Assembly (NCBI GenBank): GCA_964057225.1
Contig: OZ059897.1
Location: forward strand, 10,478,001-10,542,000
DNA from: Auanema rhodensis
Lineage: Eukaryota; Animalia; Nematoda
Direction: 5' to 3'
DNA: 64,000 bases
In this document: piece after piece, positions 37,301-52,300 of the stretch
Layout: every line of letters starts with the position of its first letter
Position numbering within the stretch: the stretch's first letter is position 1
Made by a program: the position numbers and the translations under genes
The notes under the pieces: generated by a model
Databases searched by the model: none
Seen by the model: the letters and a program-made list of their open reading frames with translations, nothing else
Told to the model about the DNA's origin: nothing

Positions 37301-40300
37301 TTGTTAAGTTGTTGTAATATCGGCCCAAGTAATATAGTGGTTAGTACTCCACGTTGTGGCCGTGGCGACACAGATTCGATTCCTGTCTTGGACATTTTTT
37401 GTTTTGAAATTAAAATGCTATAAACATATTGCTTGCTTGTCATGTTAGATTTCTTTAATTCAAATACATATTTAAGTTATAACAATTTTCGATTTAATCA
37501 CGTTCAATCAACTGTATTGTTTTCAAAAATAAAGACATCTTTCAATTTCTGGTCATTGAATTAGAATTTTCATGTTGTCACACAGAAATTGAAGAATCTT
37601 AGTTTAATTCAGTAACAATGAACACACTAACTTTGTTAAGTTGTTGTAATATCGGCCCAAGTAATATAGTGGTTAGTACTCCACGTTGTGGCCGTGGCGA
37701 CACAGATTCGATTCCTGTTTTAGGCATTTTTTGTTTTGAAATTAAAATGCTATAAAATTATTGCTTGCTTGTCTTGTTAGATTTCTTTAATTTGAATACT
37801 TATTCAAGTTATAACAATTTTCGATTTAATCACGTTCAATCAACTGTATTGTTTTCAAAAATAAAGACATCTTTCAATTTCTGGTCATTGAATTAGAATT
37901 TTCATGTTGTCACACAGAAATTGAAGAATCTTAGTTTAATTCAGTAACAATGAACACACTAACTTTGTTAAGTTGTTGTAATATCGGCCCAAGTAATATA
38001 GTGGTTAGTACTCCACGTTGTGGCCGTGGCGACACAGATTCGATTCCTGTTTTGGGCATTTTTTGTTTTGAAATTAAAATGCTATAAAATTATTGCTTGC
38101 TTGTCATGTTAGATTTCTTTAATTTGAATACTTATTCAAGTTATAACAATTTTCGATTTAATCACGTTCAATCAACTGTATTGTTTTCAAAAATAAAGAC
38201 ATCTTTCAATTTCTGGTCATTGAATTAGAATTTTCATGTTGTCACACAGAAATTGAAGAATCTTAGTTTAATTCAGTAACAATGAACACACTAACTTTGT
38301 TAAGTTGTTGTAATATCGGCCCAAGTAATATAGTGGTTAGTACTCCACGTTGTGGCCGTGGCGACACAGATTCGATTCCTGTTTTGGGCATTTTTTGTTT
38401 TGAAATTTAAATGCTATAAAATTATTGCTTGCTTGTCATGTTAGATTTCTTTAATTTGAATACTTATTCAAGTTATAACAATTTTCGATTTAATCACGTT
38501 CAATCAACTGTATTGTTTTCAAAAATAAAGACAAAATTCAATTACTGTTCATTGAATGAGAATTTTCAAGTTGTCACACAGAAATTGAAGAATCTTAGTT
38601 TAATTCAGTAACAATGAACACACTAACTTTGTTAAGTTGTTGTAATATCGGCCCAAGTAATATAGTGGTTAGTACTCCACGTTGTGGCCGTGGCGACACA
38701 GATTCGATTCCTGTTTTGGGCATTTTTTGTTTTGAAATTAAAATGCTATAAAATTATTGCTTGCTTGTCTTGTTAGATTTCTTTAATTTGAATACTTATT
38801 CAAGTTATAACAATTTTCGATTTAATCACGTTCAATCAACTGTATTGTTTTCAAAAATAAAGACAAAATTCAATTTCTGTTCATTGAATTAGAATTTTCA
38901 TGTTGTCACACAGAAATTGAAGAATCTTAGTTCAATTCAGTAACAATGAACACACTAACTTTGTTAAGTTGTTGTAATATCGGCCCAAGTAATATAGTGG
39001 TTAGTACTCCACGTTGTGGCCGTGGCGACACAGATTCGATTCCTGTCTTGGACATTTTTTGTTTTGAAATTAAAATGCTATAAACATATTGCTTGCTTGT
39101 CATGTTAGATTTCTTTAATTCAAATACATATTTAAGTTCTAACAATTTTTGATTTAATCACGTTCAATTAACTGTATTGTTTTCAAAAATAAAGACATCT
39201 TTCAATTTCTGGTCATTGAATTAGAATTTTCATGTTGTCACACAGAAATTGAAGAATCTTAGTTCAATTCAGTAACAATGAACACACTAACTTTGTTAAG
39301 TTGTTGTAATATCGGCCCAAGTAATATAGTGGTTAGTACTCCACGTTGTGGCCGTGGCGACACAGATTCGATTCCTGTCTTGGGCATTTTTTGTTTTGAA
39401 ATTAAAATGCTACAAAATTATTGCTTGCTTGTCATGTTAGATTTCTTTAATTTGAATACTTATTTAAGTTATAACAATTTTCGATTTAATCACGTTCAAT
39501 CAACTGTATTGTTTTCAAAAATAAAGACAAAATTCAATTTCTGTTCATTGAATTAGAATTTTCATGTTGTCACACAGAAATTGAAGAATCTTAGTTCAAT
39601 TCAGTAACAATGAACACACTAACTTTGTTAAGTTGTTGTAATATCGGCCCAAGTAATATAGTGGTTAGTACTCCACGTTGTGGCCGTGGCGACACAGATT
39701 CGATTCCTGTCTTGGACATTTTTTGTTTTGAAATTAAAATGCTATAAACATATTGCTTGCTTGTCATGTTAGATTTCTTCAATTCAAATACATATTTAAG
39801 TTCTAACAATTTTTGATTTAATCACGTTCAATTAACTGTATTGTTTTCAAAAATAAAGACAAAATTCAATTTCTGTTCATTGAATTAGAATTTTCATGTT
39901 GTCACACAGAAATTGAAGAATCTTAGTTCATTTCAGTAACAATGAACACACTAACTTTGTTAAGTTGTTGTAATATTGGCCCAAGTAGTATAGTGGTTAG
40001 TACTCCACGTTGTGGCCGTGGCGACACAGGTTCGATTCCTGTCTTGGGCATTTTTTGTTTTGAAATTAAAATGCTATAAAATTATTGCTTGCTTGTCATG
40101 TTAGATTTCTTTAATTTGAATACTTATTCAAGTTATAACAATTTTCGATTTAATCACGTTCAATCAACTGTATTGTTTTCAAAAATAAAGACATCTTTCA
40201 ATTTCTGGTCATTGAATTAGAATTTTCATGTTGTCACACAGAAATTGAAGAATCTTAGTTTAATTCAGTAACAATGAACACACTAACTTTGTTAAGTTGT

Positions 40301-43300
40301 TGTAATATCGGCCCAAGTAATATAGTGGTTAGTACTCCACGTTGTGGCCGTGGCGACACAGATTCGATTCCTGTTTTGGGCATTTTTTGTTTTGAAATTA
40401 AAATGCTATAAAATTATTGCTTGCTTGTCTTGTTAGATTTCTTTAATTTGAATACTTATTCAAGTTATAACAATTTTCGATTTAATCACGTTCAATCAAC
40501 TGTATTGTTTTCAAAAATAAAGACAAAATTCAATTTCTGATCATTGAATTAGAATTTTCATGTTGTCACACAGAAATTGAAGAATCTTAGTTCAATTCAG
40601 TAACAATGAACACACTAACTTTGTTAAGTTGTTGTAATATCGGCCCAAGTAATATAGTGGTTAGTACTCCACGTTGTGGCCGTGGCGACACAGGTTCGAT
40701 TCCTGTCTTGGGCATTTTTTGTTTTGAAATTAAAATGCTATAAAATTATTGCTTGCTTGTCATGTTAGATTTCTTTAATTTAAATACTTATTCAAGTTAT
40801 AACAATTTTCGATTTAATCACGTTCAATCAACTGTATTGTTTTCAAAAATAAAGACATCTTTCAATTTCTGGTCATTGAATTAGAATTTTCATGTTGTCA
40901 CACAGAAATTGAAAAATCTTAGTTCAATTCAGTAACAATGAACACACTAACTTTGTTAAGTTGTTGTAATATCGGCCCAAGTAATATAGTGGTTAGTACT
41001 CCACGTTGTGGCCGTGGCGACACAGATTCGATTCCTGTTTTGGGCATTTTTTGTTTTGAAATTAAAATGCTATAAAATTATTGCTTGCTTGTCTTGTTAG
41101 ATTTCTTTAATTTGAATACTTATTCAAGTTATAACAATTTTCGATTTAATCACGTTCAATCAACTGTATTGTTTTCAAAAATAAAGACAAAATTCAATTT
41201 CTGATCATTGAATTAGAATTTTCATGTTGTCACACAGAAATTGAAGAATCTTAGTTTAATTCAGTAACAATGAACACACTAACTTTGTTAAGTTGTTGTA
41301 ATATCGGCCCAAGTAATATAGTGGTTAGTACTCCACGTTGTGGCCGTGGCGACACAGATTCGATTCCTGTTTTGGGCATTTTTTGTTTTGAAATTAAAAT
41401 GCTATAAAATTATTGCTTGCTTGTCATGTTAGATTTCTTTAATTTAAATACTTATTCAAGTTATAACAATTTTCGATTTAATCACGTTCAATCAACTGTA
41501 TTGTTTTCAAAAATAAAGACATCTTTCAATTTCTGGTCATTGAATTAGAATTTTCATGTTGTCACACAGAAATTGAAGAATCTTAGTTTAATTCAGTAAC
41601 AATGAACACACTAACTTTGTTAAGTTGTTGTAATATCGGCCCAAGTAATATAGTGGTTAGTACTCCACGTTGTGGCCGTGGCGACACAGATTCGATTCCT
41701 GTTTTGGGCATTTTTTGTTTTGAAATTTAAATGCTATAAAATTATTGCTTGCTTGTCATGTTAGATTTCTTTAATTTGAATACTTATTCAAGTTATAACA
41801 ATTTTCGATTTAATCACGTTCAATCAACTGTATTGTTTTCAAAAATAAAGACAAAATTCAATTACTGTTCATTGAATTAGAATTTTCATGTTGTCACACA
41901 GAAATTGAAGAATCTTAGTTCAATTCAGTAACAATAAACACACTAACTTTGTTAAGTTGTTGTAATATCGGCCCAAGTAATATAGTGGTTAGTACTCCAC
42001 GTTGTGGCCGTGGCGACACAGATTCGATTCCTGTCTTGGACATTTTTTGTTTTGAAATTAAAATGCTACAAAATTATTGCTTGCTTGTCATGTTAGATTT
42101 CTTTAATTTGAATACTTATTTAAGTTATAACAATTTTCGATTTAATCACGTTCAATCAACTGTATTGTTTTCAAAACTGAAGACAAAATTCAATTTCTGT
42201 TCATTGAATTAGAATTTTCATGTTGTCACACAGAAATTGAAGAATCTTAGTTTAATTCAGTAACAATGAACACACTAACTTTGTTAAGTTGTTGTAATAT
42301 CGGCCCAAGTAATATAGTGGTTAGTACTCCACGTTGTGGCCGTGGCGACACAGATTCGATTCCTGTCTTGGACATTTTTTGTTTTGAAATTAAAATGCTA
42401 TAAACATATTGCTTGCTTGTCATGTTAGATTTCTTTAATTTGAATACTTTTTTAAGTTATAACAATTTTCGATTTAATCACGTTCAATCAACTGTATTGT
42501 TTTCAAAAATAAAGACATCTTTCAATTTCTGGTCATTGAATTAGAATTTTCATGTTATCACACAGAAATTGAAGAATCTTAGTTCAATTCAGTAACAATG
42601 AACACACTAACTTTGTTAAGTTGTTGTAATATCGGCCCAAGTAATATAGTGGTTAGTACTCCACGTTGTGGCCGTGGCGACACAGATTCGATTCCTGTCT
42701 TGGGCATTTTTTGTTTTGAAATTAAAATGCTACAAAATTATTGCTTGCTTGTCATGTTAGATTTCTTTAATTTGAATACTTATTTAAGTTATAACAATTT
42801 TCGATTTAATCACGTTCAATCAACTGTATTATTTTCAAAAATAAAGACAAAATTCAATTTCTGTTCATTGAATTAGAATTTTCATGTTGTCACACAGAAA
42901 TTGAAGAATCTTAGTTCAATTCAGTAACAATGAACACACTAACTTCGTTAAGTTGTTGTAATATCGGCCCAAGTAGTATAGTGGTTAGTACTCCACGTTG
43001 TGGCCGTGGCGACACAGATTCGATTCCTGTCTTGGGCATTTTTTGTTTTGAAATTAAAATGCTATAAACATATTGCTTGCTTGTCATGTTAGATTTGTTT
43101 AATTCAAATACTTATTTAAGTTCTATCAATTTTCGATTTAATCACGTTCAATCAACTGTATTGTTTTCAAAAATAAAGACATCTTTCAATTTCTGGTCAT
43201 TGAATTAGAATTTTCATGTTGTCACACAGAAATTGAAGAATCTTAGTTCATTTCAGTAACAATGAACACACTAACTTTGTTAAGTTGTTGTAATATTGGC

Positions 43301-46300
43301 CCAAGTAGTATAGTGGTTAGTACTCCACGTTGTGGCCGTGGCGACACAGGTTCGATTCCTGTCTTGGGCATTTTTTGTTTTGAAATTTAAATGCTATAAA
43401 ATTATTGCTTGCTTGTCATGTTAGATTTGTTTAATTCAAATACTTATTTAAGTTCTAACAATTTTTGATTTAATCACGTTCAATTAACTGTATTGTTTTC
43501 AAAAATAAAAACAAAATTCAATTTCTGTTCATTGAATTAGAATTTTCATGTTGTCACACAGAAATTGAAGAATCTTAGTTCAATTCAGTAACAATGAACA
43601 CACTAACTTCGTTAAGTTGTTGTAATATCGGCCCAAGTAATATAGTGGTTAGTACTCCACGTTGTGGCCGTGGCGACACAGATTCGATTCCTGTTTTGGG
43701 CATTTTTTGTTTTGAAATTTAAATGCTATAAAATTATTGCTTGCTTGTCATGTTAGATTTTTTTTAATTCGAATACTTATTCAAGTTATAACAATTTTCG
43801 ATTTAATCACGTTCAATCAACTGTATTGTTTTCAAAAATAAAGACATCTTTCAATTTCTGGTCATTGAATTAGAATTTTCATGTTGTCACACAGAAATTG
43901 AAAAATCTTAGTTCAATTCAGTAACAATGAACACACTAACTTTGTTAAGTTGTTGTAATATCGGCCCAAGTAATATAGTGGTTAGTACTCCACGTTGTGG
44001 CCGTGGCGACACAGATTCGATTCCTGTTTTGGGCATTTTTTGTTTTGAAATTAAAATGCTATAAAATTATTGCTTGCTTGTCTTGTTAGATTTCTTTAAT
44101 TTGAATACTTATTCAAGTTATAACAATTTTCGATTTAATCACGTTCAATCAACTGTATTGTTTTCAAAAATAAAGACAAAATTCAATTTCTGATCATTGA
44201 ATTAGAATTTTCATGTTGTCACACAGAAATTGAAGAATCTTAGTTTAATTCAGTAACAATGAACACACTAACTTTGTTAAGTTGTTGTAATATCGGCCCA
44301 AGTAATATAGTGGTTAGTACTCCACGTTGTGGCCGTGGCGACACAGATTCGATTCCTGTTTTGGGCATTTTTTGTTTTGAAATTAAAATGCTATAAAATT
44401 ATTGCTTGCTTGTCATGTTAGATTTCTTTAATTTAAATACTTATTCAAGTTATAACAATTTTCGATTTAATCACGTTCAATCAACTGTATTGTTTTCAAA
44501 AATAAAGACATCTTTCAATTTCTGGTCATTGAATTAGAATTTTCATGTTGTCACACAGAAATTGAAGAATCTTAGTTTAATTCAGTAACAATGAACACAC
44601 TAACTTTGTTAAGTTGTTGTAATATCGGCCCAAGTAATATAGTGGTTAGTACTCCACGTTGTGGCCGTGGCGACACAGATTCGATTCCTGTTTTGGGCAT
44701 TTTTTGTTTTGAAATTTAAATGCTATAAAATTATTGCTTGCTTGTCATGTTAGATTTCTTTAATTTGAATACTTATTCAAGTTATAACAATTTTCGATTT
44801 AATCACGTTCAATCAACTGTATTGTTTTCAAAAATAAAGACAAAATTCAATTACTGTTCATTGAATTAGAATTTTCATGTTGTCACACAGAAATTGAAGA
44901 ATCTTAGTTCAATTCAGTAACAATAAACACACTAACTTTGTTAAGTTGTTGTAATATCGGCCCAAGTAATATAGTGGTTAGTACTCCACGTTGTGGCCGT
45001 GGCGACACAGATTCGATTCCTGTCTTGGACATTTTTTGTTTTGAAATTAAAATGCTACAAAATTATTGCTTGCTTGTCATGTTAGATTTCTTTAATTTGA
45101 ATACTTATTTAAGTTATAACAATTTTCGATTTAATCACGTTCAATCAACTGTATTGTTTTCAAAACTGAAGACAAAATTCAATTTCTGTTCATTGAATTA
45201 GAATTTTCATGTTGTCACACAGAAATTGAAGAATCTTAGTTTAATTCAGTAACAATGAACACACTAACTTTGTTAAGTTGTTGTAATATCGGCCCAAGTA
45301 ATATAGTGGTTAGTACTCCACGTTGTGGCCGTGGCGACACAGATTCGATTCCTGTCTTGGACATTTTTTGTTTTGAAATTAAAATGCTATAAACATATTG
45401 CTTGCTTGTCATGTTAGATTTCTTTAATTTGAATACTTTTTTAAGTTATAACAATTTTCGATTTAATCACGTTCAATCAACTGTATTGTTTTCAAAAATA
45501 AAGACATCTTTCAATTTCTGGTCATTGAATTAGAATTTTCATGTTATCACACAGAAATTGAAGAATCTTAGTTCAATTCAGTAACAATGAACACACTAAC
45601 TTTGTTAAGTTGTTGTAATATCGGCCCAAGTAATATAGTGGTTAGTACTCCACGTTGTGGCCGTGGCGACACAGATTCGATTCCTGTCTTGGGCATTTTT
45701 TGTTTTGAAATTAAAATGCTACAAAATTATTGCTTGCTTGTCATGTTAGATTTCTTTAATTTGAATACTTATTTAAGTTATAACAATTTTCGATTTAATC
45801 ACGTTCAATCAACTGTATTATTTTCAAAAATAAAGACAAAATTCAATTTCTGTTCATTGAATTAGAATTTTCATGTTGTCACACAGAAATTGAAGAATCT
45901 TAGTTCAATTCAGTAACAATGAACACACTAACTTCGTTAAGTTGTTGTAATATCGGCCCAAGTAGTATAGTGGTTAGTACTCCACGTTGTGGCCGTGGCG
46001 ACACAGATTCGATTCCTGTCTTGGGCATTTTTTGTTTTGAAATTAAAATGCTATAAACATATTGCTTGCTTGTCATGTTAGATTTGTTTAATTCAAATAC
46101 TTATTTAAGTTCTATCAATTTTCGATTTAATCACGTTCAATCAACTGTATTGTTTTCAAAAATAAAGACATCTTTCAATTTCTGGTCATTGAATTAGAAT
46201 TTTCATGTTGTCACACAGAAATTGAAGAATCTTAGTTCATTTCAGTAACAATGAACACACTAACTTTGTTAAGTTGTTGTAATATTGGCCCAAGTAGTAT

Positions 46301-49300
46301 AGTGGTTAGTACTCCACGTTGTGGCCGTGGCGACACAGGTTCGATTCCTGTCTTGGGCATTTTTTGTTTTGAAATTTAAATGCTATAAAATTATTGCTTG
46401 CTTGTCATGTTAGATTTGTTTAATTCAAATACTTATTTAAGTTCTAACAATTTTTGATTTAATCACGTTCAATTAACTGTATTGTTTTCAAAAATAAAAA
46501 CAAAATTCAATTTCTGTTCATTGAATTAGAATTTTCATGTTGTCACACAGAAATTGAAGAATCTTAGTTCAATTCAGTAACAATGAACACACTAACTTCG
46601 TTAAGTTGTTGTAATATCGGCCCAAGTAATATAGTGGTTAGTACTCCACGTTGTGGCCGTGGCGACACAGATTCGATTCCTGTTTTGGGCATTTTTTGTT
46701 TTGAAATTTAAATGCTATAAAATTATTGCTTGCTTGTCATGTTAGATTTTTTTTAATTCGAATACTTATTCAAGTTATAACAATTTTCGATTTAATCACG
46801 TTCAATCAACTGTATTGTTTTCAAAAATAAAGACATCTTTCAATTTCTGGTCATTGAATTAGAATTTTCATGTTGTCACACAGAAATTGAAGAATCTCAG
46901 TTCATTTCAGTAACAATGAACACACTAACTTTGTTAAGTTGTTGTAATATCGGCCCAAGTAGTATAGTGGTTAGTACTCCACGTTGTGGCCGTGGCGACA
47001 CAGGTTCGATTCCTGTCTTGGGCATTTTTTGTTTTGAAATTAAAATGCTATAAAATTATTGCTTGCTTGTCTTGTTAGATTTCTTTAATTTGAATACTTA
47101 TTCAAGTTATAACAATTTTCAATTTAATCACGTTCAATCAACTGTATTGTTCTCAAAAATAAAGACAAAATTCAATTTCTGTTCATTGAATTAGAATTTT
47201 CATGTTGTCACACAGAAATTGAAGAATCTTAGTTCAATTCAGTAACAATGAACACACTAACTTTGTTAAGTTGTTGTAATATCGGCCCAATTAATATAGT
47301 GGTTAGTACTCCACGTTGTGGCCGTGGCGACACAGGTTCGATTCCTGTCTTGGGCATTTTTTGTTTTGAAATTGAAATGCTATAAAATTATTGCTTGCTT
47401 GTCTTGTTAGATTTCTTTAATTTGAATACTTATTCAAGTTATAACAATTTTCGATTTAATCACGTTCAATCAACTGTATTGTTTTCAAAAATAAAGACAA
47501 AATTCAATTTCTGTTCATTGAATTAGAATTTTCATGTTGTCACACAGAAATTGAAGAATCTTCGTTCAATTCAGTAACAATGAACACACTAACTTTGTTA
47601 AGTTGTTGTAATATTGGCCCAAGTAGTATAGTGGTTAGTACTCCACGTTGTGGCCGTGGCGACACAGGTTCGATTCCTGTCTTGGGCATTTTTTGTTTTG
47701 AAATTGAAATGCTATAAAATTATTGCTTGCTTGTCTTGTTAGATTTCTTTAATTTAAATACTTATTCAAGTTATAACAATTTTCGATTTAATCACGTTCA
47801 ATCAACTGTATTGTTTTCAAAAATAAAGACATCTTTCAATTTCTGGTCATTGAATTAGAATTTTCATGTTGTCACACAGAAATTGAAAAATCTTAGTTCA
47901 ATTCAGTAACAATGAACACACTAACTTTGTTAAGTTGTTGTAATATCGGCCCAAGTAATATAGTGGTTAGTACTCCACGTTGTGGCCGTGGCGACACAGA
48001 TTCGATTCCTGTTTTGGGCATTTTTTGTTTTGAAATTAAAATGCTATAAAATTATTGCTTGCTTGTCTTGTTAGATTTCTTTAATTTGAATACTTATTCA
48101 AGTTATAACAATTTTCGATTTAATCACGTTCAATCAACTGTATTGTTTTCAAAAATAAAGACAAAATTCAATTTCTGATCATTGAATTAGAATTTTCATG
48201 TTGTCACACAGAAATTGAAGAATCTTAGTTTAATTCAGTAACAATGAACACACTAACTTTGTTAAGTTGTTGTAATATCGGCCCAAGTAATATAGTGGTT
48301 AGTACTCCACGTTGTGGCCGTGGCGACACAGATTCGATTCCTGTTTTGGGCATTTTTTGTTTTGAAATTAAAATGCTATAAAATTATTGCTTGCTTGTCA
48401 TGTTAGATTTCTTTAATTTAAATACTTATTCAAGTTATAACAATTTTCGATTTAATCACGTTCAATCAACTGTATTGTTTTCAAAAATAAAGACATCTTT
48501 CAATTTCTGGTCATTGAATTAGAATTTTCATGTTGTCACACAGAAATTGAAGAATCTTAGTTTAATTCAGTAACAATGAACACACTAACTTTGTTAAGTT
48601 GTTGTAATATCGGCCCAAGTAATATAGTGGTTAGTACTCCACGTTGTGGCCGTGGCGACACAGATTCGATTCCTGTTTTGGGCATTTTTTGTTTTGAAAT
48701 TTAAATGCTATAAAATTATTGCTTGCTTGTCATGTTAGATTTCTTTAATTTGAATACTTATTCAAGTTATAACAATTTTCGATTTAATCACGTTCAATCA
48801 ACTGTATTGTTTTCAAAAATAAAGACAAAATTCAATTACTGTTCATTGAATTAGAATTTTCATGTTGTCACACAGAAATTGAAGAATCTTAGTTCAATTC
48901 AGTAACAATAAACACACTAACTTTGTTAAGTTGTTGTAATATCGGCCCAAGTAATATAGTGGTTAGTACTCCACGTTGTGGCCGTGGCGACACAGATTCG
49001 ATTCCTGTCTTGGACATTTTTTGTTTTGAAATTAAAATGCTACAAAATTATTGCTTGCTTGTCATGTTAGATTTCTTTAATTTGAATACTTATTTAAGTT
49101 ATAACAATTTTCGATTTAATCACGTTCAATCAACTGTATTGTTTTCAAAACTGAAGACAAAATTCAATTTCTGTTCATTGAATTAGAATTTTCATGTTGT
49201 CACACAGAAATTGAAGAATCTTAGTTTAATTCAGTAACAATGAACACACTAACTTTGTTAAGTTGTTGTAATATCGGCCCAAGTAATATAGTGGTTAGTA

Positions 49301-52300
49301 CTCCACGTTGTGGCCGTGGCGACACAGATTCGATTCCTGTCTTGGACATTTTTTGTTTTGAAATTAAAATGCTATAAACATATTGCTTGCTTGTCATGTT
49401 AGATTTCTTTAATTTGAATACTTTTTTAAGTTATAACAATTTTCGATTTAATCACGTTCAATCAACTGTATTGTTTTCAAAAATAAAGACATCTTTCAAT
49501 TTCTGGTCATTGAATTAGAATTTTCATGTTATCACACAGAAATTGAAGAATCTTAGTTCAATTCAGTAACAATGAACACACTAACTTTGTTAAGTTGTTG
49601 TAATATCGGCCCAAGTAATATAGTGGTTAGTACTCCACGTTGTGGCCGTGGCGACACAGATTCGATTCCTGTCTTGGGCATTTTTTGTTTTGAAATTAAA
49701 ATGCTACAAAATTATTGCTTGCTTGTCATGTTAGATTTCTTTAATTTGAATACTTATTTAAGTTATAACAATTTTCGATTTAATCACGTTCAATCAACTG
49801 TATTATTTTCAAAAATAAAGACAAAATTCAATTTCTGTTCATTGAATTAGAATTTTCATGTTGTCACACAGAAATTGAAGAATCTTAGTTCAATTCAGTA
49901 ACAATGAACACACTAACTTCGTTAAGTTGTTGTAATATCGGCCCAAGTAGTATAGTGGTTAGTACTCCACGTTGTGGCCGTGGCGACACAGATTCGATTC
50001 CTGTCTTGGGCATTTTTTGTTTTGAAATTAAAATGCTATAAACATATTGCTTGCTTGTCATGTTAGATTTGTTTAATTCAAATACTTATTTAAGTTCTAT
50101 CAATTTTCGATTTAATCACGTTCAATCAACTGTATTGTTTTCAAAAATAAAGACATCTTTCAATTTCTGGTCATTGAATTAGAATTTTCATGTTGTCACA
50201 CAGAAATTGAAGAATCTTAGTTCATTTCAGTAACAATGAACACACTAACTTTGTTAAGTTGTTGTAATATTGGCCCAAGTAGTATAGTGGTTAGTACTCC
50301 ACGTTGTGGCCGTGGCGACACAGGTTCGATTCCTGTCTTGGGCATTTTTTGTTTTGAAATTTAAATGCTATAAAATTATTGCTTGCTTGTCATGTTAGAT
50401 TTGTTTAATTCAAATACTTATTTAAGTTCTAACAATTTTTGATTTAATCACGTTCAATTAACTGTATTGTTTTCAAAAATAAAAACAAAATTCAATTTCT
50501 GTTCATTGAATTAGAATTTTCATGTTGTCACACAGAAATTGAAGAATCTTAGTTCAATTCAGTAACAATGAACACACTAACTTCGTTAAGTTGTTGTAAT
50601 ATCGGCCCAAGTAATATAGTGGTTAGTACTCCACGTTGTGGCCGTGGCGACACAGATTCGATTCCTGTTTTGGGCATTTTTTGTTTTGAAATTTAAATGC
50701 TATAAAATTATTGCTTGCTTGTCATGTTAGATTTTTTTTAATTCGAATACTTATTCAAGTTATAACAATTTTCGATTTAATCACGTTCAATCCACTGTAT
50801 TGTTTTCAAAAATAAAGACATCTTTCAATTTCTGGTCATTGAATTAGAATTTTCATGTTGTCACACAGAAATTGAAGAATCTCAGTTCATTTCAGTAACA
50901 ATGAATACACTAACTTTGTTAAGTTGTTGTAATATCGGCCCAAGTAGTATAGTGGTTAGTACTCCACGTTGTGGCCGTGGCGACACAGGTTCGATTCCTG
51001 TCTTGGGCATTTTTTGTTTTGAAATTAAAATGCTATAAAATTATTGCTTGCTTGTCTTGTTAGATTTCTTTAATTTGAATACTTATTCAAGTTATAACAA
51101 TTTTCAATTTAATCACGTTCAATCAACTGTATTGTTCTCAAAAATAAAGACAAAATTCAATTTCTGTTCATTGAATTAGAATTTTCATGTTGTCACACAG
51201 AAATTGAAGAATCTTAGTTCAATTCAGTAACAATGAACACACTAACTTTGTTAAGTTGTTGTAATATCGGCCCAATTAATATAGTGGTTAGTACTCCACG
51301 TTGTGGCCGTGGCGACACAGGTTCGATTCCTGTCTTGGGCATTTTTTGTTTTGAAATTGAAATGCTATAAAATTATTGCTTGCTTGTCTTGTTAGATTTC
51401 TTTAATTTGAATACTTATTCAAGTTATAACAATTTTCGATTTAATCACGTTCAATCAACTGTATTGTTTTCAAAAATAAAGACAAAATTCAATTTCTGTT
51501 CATTGAATTAGAATTTTCATGTTGTCACACAGAAATTGAAGAATCTTCGTTCAATTCAGTAACAATGAACACACTAACTTTGTTAAGTTGTTGTAATATT
51601 GGCCCAAGTAGTATAGTGGTTAGTACTCCACGTTGTGGCCGTGGCGACACAGGTTCGATTCCTGTCTTGGGCATTTTTTGTTTTGAAATTTAAATGCTAT
51701 AAAATTATTGCTTGCTTGTCATGTTAGATTTGTTTAATTCAAATACTTATTTAAGTTCTAACAATTTTTGATTTAATCACGTTCAATTAACTGTATTGTT
51801 TTCAAAAATAAAAACAAAATTCAATTTCTGTTCATTGAATTAGAATTTTCATGTTGTCACACAGAAATTGAAGAATCTTAGTTTAATTCAGTAACAATGA
51901 ACACACTAACTTTGTTAAGTTGTTGTAATATCGGCCCAAGTAATATAGTGGTTAGTACTCCACGTTGTGGCCGTGGCGACACAGATTCGATTCCTGTTTT
52001 GGGCATTTTTTGTTTTGAAATTTAAATGCTATAAAATTATTGCTTGCTTGTCATGTTAGATTTCTTTAATTTGAATACTTATTCAAGTTATAACAATTTT
52101 CGATTTAATCACGTTCAATCAACTGTATTGTTTTCAAAAATAAAGACAAAATTCAATTACTGTTCATTGAATTAGAATTTTCATGTTGTCACACAGAAAT
52201 TGAAGAATCTTAGTTCAATTCAGTAACAATAAACACACTAACTTTGTTAAGTTGTTGTAATATCGGCCCAAGTAATATAGTGGTTAGTACTCCACGTTGT